From Geosiphon pyriformis uo1 (taxonomy: Eukaryota > Fungi > Glomeromycota), in the NCBI GenBank assembly GCA_016748015.1, contig JAAOMT010000541.1, positions 1 to 10,071 on the forward strand: a stretch of DNA of 10,071 bases, in the 5' to 3' direction. This document shows, piece after piece, positions 1 to 8,473 of the stretch. The number at the start of each line of letters is the position of its first letter. The stretch's first letter is position 1. The notes below the pieces were generated by a model. The model did not search any database. It was not told where the DNA came from and saw nothing but the letters and a program-made list of their open reading frames with translations. The position numbers were made by a program, and so were the translations under genes.

Positions 1-20
1 CCCCCCCCCACCCCCCCACC

Positions 21-690
21 TGGGGATAAAGGGCTAAATGGCTAGATGGGATCTATAAGGGACCATGATGCTCTATGGTTAAATAGTCCTGGTATGGGTT
101 TGATGTGTGACCATTTTTATCTAATAGGGACTTGGGTGATAGATTTTACCTATTGGGCAGATGGTGATCCCTTTTGGCTAGATGGGATCCCCAGGTTGAA
201 TCCCCTAGTTGGGATACACTATGTTGGATCCATTGGAGGCTAGATGGGGGGGATCCTCTGGCTCTATTGGGGATATATGAGATCCTTTGGATATACTGTA
301 TCCGCGGGGATCGTGGATCTATGGGATCCATTGGATCTATTATATCCATTAGGGACTAAATAGGGATATCTGAGAGACATGAGGCTCTCGTGCTCAATGG
401 CTAAATGGGACTATGAAATATCTGAGATCCTTTAGGGTTCAATCTGAGCTCTTATATCCTCTATTGAATATTTGGGTATATGGGATCCTTTTTCTCTAAT
501 AGGGCTATATAGGGTCCACTGGGCTAAATAGGTATCCTATTGGATCCATTTGGGTATATATGGATATATGAGATACACGGTTGTTTTGATCCTTTAGGGT
601 CCTTGGATACTCAATGGCAGATGGTTGGGCATGGTACTCTGCTAGGCTCTCTTTGGTCCATGAGGGCTCAATCTGGGACTATGGAGCTAG
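21..690 (+). repeat. Degenerate low-complexity satellite-like domain A1 (boundaries approximate)
   Basis: Recurrent words GGCTAAAT (32, 399, 522), GGATCC (185, 226, 251, 324, 483, 542), GGCTAGATGGG and ATATCTGAGA; no fixed period. Copied at 8469-9138. Confidence 0.8.
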
Positions 691-2820
691 ATGGGATAGT
701 GTACTACCTCATGGTACTGTGGTATCCAACTACCCCCCTACTATATGGGACAATAGTTGGACCATTGTCCACTCTATGGTTATACCCTATGGGATATGGG
801 ACTATGGTATCCAACTATACCCTACTCTAGGGCTACTACCTGGTACTCTTACCTCATATGGGACTACCACGTGGACTACTGTCCCCTGGGTATGGGGGAC
901 TCCCACTATACACTACATAGGGGGGCAGATACACTACACTATGGGATGTATCCCCCCTCTATGTGCCATCACATATTGCAGGGGACTCATATAAGGGACT
1001 ATCCCTCTATGGGGGATCTTGGGGACTCCTACCTCATGGGACTAATACCCACTATGGCCATCTAAGATTGCATGGGGACTCATACCTCAGATGGTGGACT
1101 ATGGTGGACTACTGTACACAGGTACTCCCACACAGGGGGATGGGTACTATTGTACCCTGGAGAGGGTACTCATACCTCCTAGTGGGACTCTATCTGGGCG
1201 ACTCTGGGCTACTAAGACTACTAGACACGGGTCTGGGGCTATAGGTACTATTCTCCCTACCCCATGGGATATACACACCATGGGCATATGGGATAGGGTA
1301 CTCCTACCTCATGGGTATGGGACGATTTTGCTCAGATGGGACTCCTACCCTAGTGGACGTCGCCCAACATGGATGGGAGATATCCCTATGGTGGACTACT
1401 GTACACAAGTGCCATATGCGAGGCCATTTGTGGATTAGATGACTCAATTAGTACTCTACCTATGGGCTACAGGGCTCATGGGTGACTCATGACTCCTAGT
1501 GGCCATCCAGATGGCTATGACTCTACACTGGATGGGGGACTACCCCTATGTTGGACTCTCTAGTGGTTCAAAACCAAAACCCAAACCCAAACCCAAACCC
1601 AAACCCAAACCTCATGGGACAATCTGGGCAATAAGGGACTATTATACAATAGGGGATAGTTGGACTCTACCCTTATTGGATGGTGGACTCTCTTGTCCAC
1701 AGGGATAGGGCTACAAGTGCCATATGCAGGGCCTATGGGCGATGGGCTATGGTTGGCTACTACACTAGAGGACTCACCCTCTCCCTACCTCAGATAGGGA
1801 CTCTTACCTCATATGGGACTCACTATAGGGGACTCATACCCTATTGGGGCATCTGGTATCCACTCTCCACTACTACATGGTGGACTATGGTATCCAACTA
1901 CCTCCTATGGGGCTAGAGGGCATAGGGTACTCATACACTATGGGGCTACAGGGCTCCCTACACTATGGGATATCCAACCTCATGGGCTATGGTGGTTACT
2001 ACTACCCTAGAGTGGTCTCTCGAGTCCACAGGTGGTATGGAGCATTGGGTACTATTACCTCCTAGTGGGATATGGGTATCCACTACTCTAGGGGACTCAT
2101 ACCTCATCTGGGCAATAGGGGACTCCTACCACTACCCTATGGGTATCCACTATGGTGGGATAGGGGACTCTGTGATGGATCCCCTCATGGGGAATAGGGG
2201 ACTCTTGTATCCACTCTATGAGGCTACTGTCCACTGGGTACTATTCTCTACTAGGGACTATTGTACACATGAATGGGGCTATGGGGCAGATCCCCTATGG
2301 GCTAGAGGACTCCTATCCATTCTACAATGGGTACTACCCAATACCTCATGGGACTATTACTATCCACTACCCTCTAGGTACTCTAGGGGACTCTACACTC
2401 TACCCACTGTTGCATATCCCTATACACTTACAAGGGGCATATGGGACTACTCTCCCGTGGGGACTGTGGTATCCAACTACACCATGGGTATCCAACCTCC
2501 TATGGGGCAATAGGGACTACTGTCCACATGTATACTATTACCCTCTGGGATGGATCCACTACCTCATAGCTCATATTGTGGGATAGTGGACGGGGATGGA
2601 TCCAACTACACTACCCCTTACTATACACTACACTCTGGTTGGTCATATCCACTACTCCTAGTGGGACTCCTGGCTTGTATGGCTCCTACCACTATGGTGG
2701 TTACTACCTCTGGATATACCTCTACAGGGGATAGTGGACTACTGTCCATATGGATGGGACTCTCCTACTCTACACTGGGATATGGGCTAGGGGACTATCT
2801 GAGATATGGGTACCTGGGTA
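691..2820 (+). repeat. Degenerate low-complexity satellite-like domain B (boundaries approximate)
   Basis: Recurrent words GGTATCCAACTA (721, 806, 1889, 2468), TACCTCAT and GTGGACTAC. Exact repeats: CTATGGTGGACTACTGTACACA (1099/1386), ACTCTTACCTCATATGGGACT (845/1800), GGACTATGGTATCCAACTA (799/1882), ACAAGTGCCATATGC (1405/1713). Confidence 0.85.
1570..1611 (+). repeat. (AAACCC)n microsatellite / interstitial telomere-like tract (TTTGGG on the - strand)
   Basis: AAAACCA followed by five perfect AAACCC units (1577-1606) and AAACC. Confidence 0.95.
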
Positions 2821-5200
2821 TATGGTAATATAGGGATATATGGGATATCTGATCTACTATATGGTGGATGGATAGGGGATCCTTTTTATCCTTTGGGGGA
2901 TAGATGGTTGGGATAGATGGGGATCCATTAGGGCTATAAGGGCTAAATTGCTAGAGGTACCTTTGTGGACTACTCTATGGCACATGGATGGATCCCTGAG
3001 GAGTATACATTAGGGCTCGTGACTCAAGGGATAGATGGTAGAGATGGTAAAGGGCTATAAGGATCCATTGGGGACTCTTGTGCTATCTGGTATATTGGGT
3101 TACATTTTGTGGATCCTCTAGAGGTTATGAGGTACATTTGGCTAAATAGGGGATCCATTTGAGAGATGGTACTCTATGTGGCTAAAGGGCTCTATAGGGC
3201 TAAATGGGGGATCTACAGGCTATGAGGTTATATGGTATATAGGGCTCTATTGTTGGAGAGGTTTGGTAAATGGAGATACACTAGGGTTGGATCCCCTAGT
3301 ATCCTGGGCTATACTGGGTCTAAAGGGGATACTTGGGGGTCCACTGGGCTCAATGGGTTAGATGGGCTATTAGGAGGATCCTTTGGAGGCGATATATGGG
3401 GACTCTCAATGGGGGATCTCTAAGGGACCCTTTGGGGATCCCCTAGGTAAAGGGCTCTAGGGTTGAATAGGCGAGGGCTCTGGGGGAGAGAGTACATTTG
3501 GTTAGATGGTTGGATCCTCGGATATATGGGGCTATAGGGGGGATCTATGGGTACATTTAATCTATTAGGGACTATATAGGTTGGATGGTTCAATATGGAC
3601 TCTCTCTGAGGCTAGGTACTAGACAAGGGACTATCTGGGATCCAATGGTGACTCTACTAGGGATCTATTGTAGGTCATGGCTTAAGGGGTAGTTCAATGG
3701 GCTCTATAGGGCTCCGGGTATATGGGATATCTGGGATCTACTAGGATCATGGCTAAATGGTGATGGGATCTATTAGGGACCATTTGGTATATAAGCTCTA
3801 TAGGTAGAGGGGACCATGAGATCCCCTAGGGCTATGGATACTTTGGATCCTTTGGGGCTAAAGGGGCAGATGGGGGATCCTCGTATACTTTGGGTACCTT
3901 ATGGGATCCCTTAGGGACTCAATGGTGGATCCATTAGTATCCATGATGGGTACATTGGGGGCTATACTAGGGCTAGATGGGCGTAGTGTCCACTAGGGCT
4001 AAATTGCTCTATGGCTAAATGGGGATCCATGAGGATCCTCTGGGGATCCTTTGGGGGATGGATGGTACTATTAGGGACCATTAGTGACGAGGCTATGAGG
4101 GTCCATTTTGACTATGGGTCTATGGGTTGGTAAATTTGGATACTTTGGGATGGGTCTATGGGTTATATGGGCTAAGGGTTAGCTATGGGAGGTATCCATT
4201 AGGATTACTGGGACTCCATAGGGTCCATGGGTTAAATCATGGGCTATATGGCGTATGGATCCCTTTTGATACCCAGGATCCTCTATGGGCTAGATATGTT
4301 GGGATCTATGGGTACTTTGTGGAGAGATGGCTAGATGGGATCTCCTAGGTGGATTGCTATGAGGGTTAATCATGGCTAGATGGCTCGTATACTTTGGATC
4401 CTATGGGTGGGATCTCTGTTAGATGGATACTTTGGATACCTTAGGCTCTATAGGTAGTTGGATCCATTTGATCCTCTGGGTCCTGAGGCTATAGGCGATG
4501 GTGCTCTCTGGTGGATATATGGTACTATTTGGATCCATTTGTGTGGATACTTTGTATACTATGGACCCTATAGGGGTTAGAGGGATGGAGGTATAGATGG
4601 TTAAATAGTGGATGGGATATCTGAGAGATATGGGATATCTGGGATGGATGGGTGGATCCTCTATGAGTATCCTTTAGGGGATGGATGGCTCAATAGGGGT
4701 AGGATATAGGGCTACTAGTGCTAAATGGGCTACAGGTCCTCTCTGGGATAGAGGGTGGCTATGGTGGATCCTATATGATCCTTTGGGTATCTGAGATCCT
4801 CTAGGGATATAGGGGTTGGATGGTATACCCTAGGATCCTTGGGATCTACTGGAGGTTTTAGTAGAGATTGAATAGATGGTTAGATAGGGATCTACTGGAT
4901 GATACTCTGGATCTATTAAGGACCATGAGTACTAGGTGGGTATATGGGGATCCTGGATAGACTGGGCTATAGGGTGGGATCTATTGGATCCATTGGACCC
5001 CTGGGGACCTTGGGCTATGGGATACTTTGGGGACTCTATAGGGTTTGGATATGAGGAGAGGGGTTAGATGGGGATCTATGGTTGGAGAGAGGGTTGGTAC
5101 CTACTAGGGCTAAATGGCTAAATGGACTCGGAGGTTGCTCTTTCGGCTACATGGGCTATATGGCTCAGATTGGCTAAATTGGTTACACTTGTGCTCTTTG
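2821..5200 (+). repeat. Degenerate low-complexity satellite-like domain A2 (boundaries approximate)
   Basis: Same vocabulary as A1: GGCTAAAT at 2941, 3140, 3198, 3751, 3997, 4013, 5108, 5116, 5172, and about 28 GGATCC by manual count. 3751-3783 aligns to 32-66; GGGATATCTGAGAGA occurs at 363 and 4614. Confidence 0.85.
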
Positions 5201-5206
5201 GCTATA

Positions 5207-5253
5207 CCACCCACCCCACCTTGGGCCAAGGGGCCGGAGGCCACCCACCCCCC
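5207..5253 (-). other. Left C-rich boundary box (G-tracts on the - strand) with palindrome CCTTGG-G-CCAAGG
   Basis: CCACCCACCCCACCTTGGGCCAAGGGGCCGGAGGCCACCCACCCCCC sits where the low-complexity vocabulary ends; palindrome at 5219-5231. Function unknown. Confidence 0.6.
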
Positions 5254-8200
5254 TAGTGAATACGTTTTTAAACACCCGGGGACTGGGGTGTTGGTTATGG
5301 CCCTTATAGGGTAACTCATTTTGTACCCATGGCTCAGTAGTCCTAATGATTGGACAGGTTCTGGGTTTACAACCCAACCGGTACGGCTAAAGCCCTAAGT
5401 AGGTAACTTTCATGGCACATAAAATAGTCAATCTAATGAAATGTATGAAGGAGCTTTTTGATTTCTTACTTGATGATCTGATTACTTGATGGTCAGGTTG
5501 GACGTGGCTCCCCTCCGTAGGTGAGGGGCCTCACTCCGCCCCCCGTTCAAGTGCTTTCAGGGCCGTAGTGCCCAAAAATTAGTCATAGCCAAATGGATGT
5601 ATTGATAACTTGATCAATCTTGTATGAGTTGTTTGGGTCGGTACTCCCAACCTCCCGTTGACCCCCCCCCCTTTTGTCGCAGCCTTGGTTAATGTGGCTC
5701 GATTAAGATTCCCTCTATAGGTTGATCTCACTAGGGCAAAACCAGTACAAGGGAGATTCAGACGGATCCACATTAAAACCGGTCCTCCTTGATAGGTACC
5801 AGGCCCCCTTCAGTTCAGAATAGAGATATTTAGGCTACAGGTAGTTGATTATGACATGTGGTCCATGACGGACATGAGGGCTGGCAAAAGACTACTTTCA
5901 CAGGACTCTTTCAAGTTCTAATTACTTGTTGTAGTAGTTGAATGGTGTTTAAGTGGCTCTATAGTAGTCTGTAAGGATAATCGCCCTTCTCTTTGAAATG
6001 TATAGTTAGGTAAGAGTATTATAGACCTAATCTTGCGGGGGAGTGGGATATACAAAGGGTAAATACCATGACATCTTACTCTAGGTACACATGGTCCTAG
6101 ATTGGGACTAATGATTAACCAGTCGTATTATTAGGCCCTGTGGAGTCCACTGATACGACTCTCCCTTAACTCCAGTAATTGGGGAGCAGGTGGTACCTTA
6201 CTTTGACATGTACCGGGGGCGTTGTAGAGCAGGGCTCCGTCCAGGACTAAGATGCCCACAGAGCTAAGGGTTCTAACCCGAACGCCGGTATATCATTGGG
6301 GACCCCTTTGTCAACAACCCCATAGGGCTGACATCACCCCCCCCCCTCGGTAGATCGGGGGTCCATAGACATTGTAGGATGGGATCATACCGGTAACTGA
6401 TTGCTCAGTGGACAAAGTAAGGAATCTAACTTGGATGGGTGATGCAGGAGTAATGCATTAGGGATTTCCATCTTCCAAAAGCGCTTATACAGGTTAGAGC
6501 TCCCACCTTGGGATACGTACTCTCCACCCAACTTCAATCTATGTGATTCCAATCGGATGGAGGTCCCTCATGGAGGTATCCAAAGCCATTATGGAGTAAT
6601 CTAGATTCAGTGTGTATTTATCCACCCATTGGGTATACCTGATTTACTAGCACCCTATATTTGGGTATCCGATAGGGCCGGGATGACCACTCCCCGTTGG
6701 ACCAATCACACCCATATCCTCCTGTTTTAAACACTCCAGCCGCGCATACAAGGTCTCGAATCCCTTTGAATTTAGGTTAAATTCCGATCTTGGGTACTTG
6801 GGCAAAGTTACTGTAAATTAAGGCATACCATTGCATGCTCTTTTAGTAGTGTTACGCCCATATGAGGTAGCCTAGTGGTAGTAATCTTAGATGGCAATCG
6901 TGATTATCCTGTTATAAGATCAAACATGTACACCTATACAGGTTAGTATGTATAAGAGGGACTGGTTACCTTTGCTCCAACCGTGATCGTGATTTTTGTC
7001 CAGTGGTCACTCCTGTTAACTTATATGGTACAATTAGGGGACCACCGAGGCAGTTCAATTAAATGATGATCAGTCATAGTCATTGTCAATATGCACCTGA
7101 TCAGGGGGTTAAGCACGGGGACCGGGGGTCTGAAGGAATAATATGTAGATAAGTACTTACTCTCCCAGCACTGACCGAAATTCCTGCCTCCAACATTCTA
7201 TTCTCCCATAGAAGAAGTGTCCTCCGGCTAAAGTGCAAATTCGAGAGCTTCCTCTATGGAGAAAGGGACCCTACGGTCGAGGCTCCAATCTCATACCTAG
7301 TACAAGCGATGATATTGGAGGGCCCTCCCTCGTGAACGCGGTTTTAAGGGGTCCCATTTACATAAGAATCTACGAGCCTGAAGCTAGTATTCCTCAGATA
7401 TAGCCTTCTCAACGTTGCCGCTGAGTGAGAATACTGAGTTCTACAGGGTCCAAAATTTATAGGGATTCCAATATCCCGTCCCCCCTGCCAGTAGCGTGTT
7501 GGATGAGTTTGTGTAAAATACTACTGATAAGTTATCCCCCCCCCCCCCCGCCTTAGTTCCTCTACAACCGACTCTATGCTCAGCCACAGTGGTATATACA
7601 GATACTTTACCTACTGTCAACTGCGGCAGTGTCTAAATATCTCGACATCCTTCTCTAAACTAACTCGATTCTATTTGAGATATGAGGACTATCTATATAG
7701 GAAGGTTATGAATGTAACGGTCTTCTTAGTAAGAAGATATATGGCAGCCTTGGTTACCTCCTTAGAGAGCACTTTTAACTGTTGTTGTAATAGTACAGCA
7801 TCCAAGTAGCTAGTCTATATCGGCTATCCTCTACTAGCCCCAATTGGGCTATCAGGGGGAAGCAATGCTTGAAGTAACCGTCTTCTCGTACTTTATATGT
7901 ATCTCATACGGTTTACAGATAAACGCTTGGCTAACCTTATGATCAAGGCTCTGAATAATAGAATAGTACCCACTCATATGGGTGGGACTTAGTTAACACG
8001 CTATAGCTTTTTAATAGCTCTTGGACCCCCCCTCTTTGATCCTACGCCATGCTTCGCTGCTAGACCCTGTACATTTACAGAGGCTGCAAAGCCACATGGA
8101 ATATTGAGGTAGCCGGAGAACTCCACATCCCCCTTAAACCCTTTTAAGCGAACTCCATCAATTCTCATTGGATGTAAACGACTTATATGTGATATGGTAT

Positions 8201-8397
8201 GTTACCCTTTTTAGTCACCTTTAGGTCCTCAGCGGCCCTCTGGCAGGCAATCCCTATCTCGTCTACCAATACTCTATACCCAACCAAGGTAGTGACATAA
8301 GGTACGTACTAATGACGTTTCGGAGGATATGCTGCCCCTTCCCTCAAAGGTAAGCATACTGTACAAGAGAGCATGGGCTTGCCATCTGGCATCAACT
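5254..8397. other. Unique, higher-complexity, apparently non-coding cassette
   Basis: CpG and GAA reappear and only one GGATCC is present (5764). The longest ORF in the track is 77 aa, and none is listed between 5774 and 7575 in any frame. No recognisable protein, rRNA or tRNA in manual translation and motif scanning. Confidence 0.7.
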
Positions 8398-8473
8398 GAG
8401 GCCCCCCCCCACCCCTTGGGCCCTGTAAGTCTCGTACGGTATCCCCACCCCCCCCCCACCCCCCCACCTGGGG
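8398..8473 (-). other. Right C-rich boundary box; canonical G-quadruplex-forming motif on the - strand
   Basis: C9 (8402-8410), C4 (8412-8415), C4 (8443-8446), C10 (8448-8457) and C7 (8459-8465). The last three are separated by single A's, which satisfies the G3+N1-7 x4 pattern on the - strand. Confidence 0.7.

Larger units (their letters stand above)
1..1623 (+). repeat. Long direct repeat, copy 1 (1623 bp; may extend beyond the window)
   Basis: Matches 8449-10071 at a constant offset of 8448. All eight ORFs starting at 46-1091 reappear with identical translations at +8448, and both ends align (C9-A-C7-ACCTGGGG at the start, AAACCTCATGGGACAAT at the end). Confidence 0.98.
1..8448. other. 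8448-bp unit: putative circular molecule with terminal overlap, or tandem-array monomer
   Basis: Apparently identical direct repeats occupy both extreme ends of the window, the usual signature of an over-assembled circle. A tandem or repeat-unique-repeat arrangement is not excluded. Confidence 0.6.

Noticed and set aside
1499-1708. ORF with a KPKPKPKP tract resembling a TonB-like or Lys-Pro linker
   Set aside because: It is simply the translation of the (AAACCC)n tract within low-complexity DNA.
691-2820. CRISPR-like array from recurring 15-22-nt repeats
   Set aside because: Repeats are of several different sequences, irregularly spaced, with no unique spacers and no cas genes.
46-4348. Numerous 61-182-aa ORFs (e.g. 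1965-2513, 614-994, 2218-2586) and their copies at 8494-9886
   Set aside because: They overlap in all three + frames and are G/W/Y/L/P/T-rich translations of the repeated words, with no domain motifs; compositional artefacts.
5285-5296. GGGGTGTTGGTT resembling the kinetoplast universal minicircle sequence GGGGTTGGTGTA
   Set aside because: Not a match to CSB-3, and no CSB-1/CSB-2 at the expected spacing.
5514-5524. TCCGTAGGTGA, matching the 3' end of eukaryotic SSU rRNA (ITS1 primer site)
   Set aside because: Only 11 nt; the flanking AAGTCGTAACAAGG and ACCTGCGG and other universal SSU motifs are absent.
6683-6709. Walker-A-like peptide VIGPTGSGH on the - strand
   Set aside because: Lacks the invariant Lys-Ser/Thr, lies between stop codons in the standard code, and has no downstream Walker B context.
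7576-7809. 77-aa ORF, plus the 61-69-aa ORFs at 5110-5377, 5579-5773 and 8274-8459
   Set aside because: Lengths expected by chance and no recognisable motifs; several merely run through the C/G-rich boxes.
7880-7892. AGTACGAGAAGAC on the - strand, resembling the LSU sarcin-ricin loop
   Set aside because: Mismatch in the conserved loop, no closing stem and no neighbouring peptidyl-transferase-centre motifs in the correct order.
8205-8232. Hammerhead-like CUGAGGA core on the - strand
   Set aside because: No GAAA after the putative stem II and no stems I/III.
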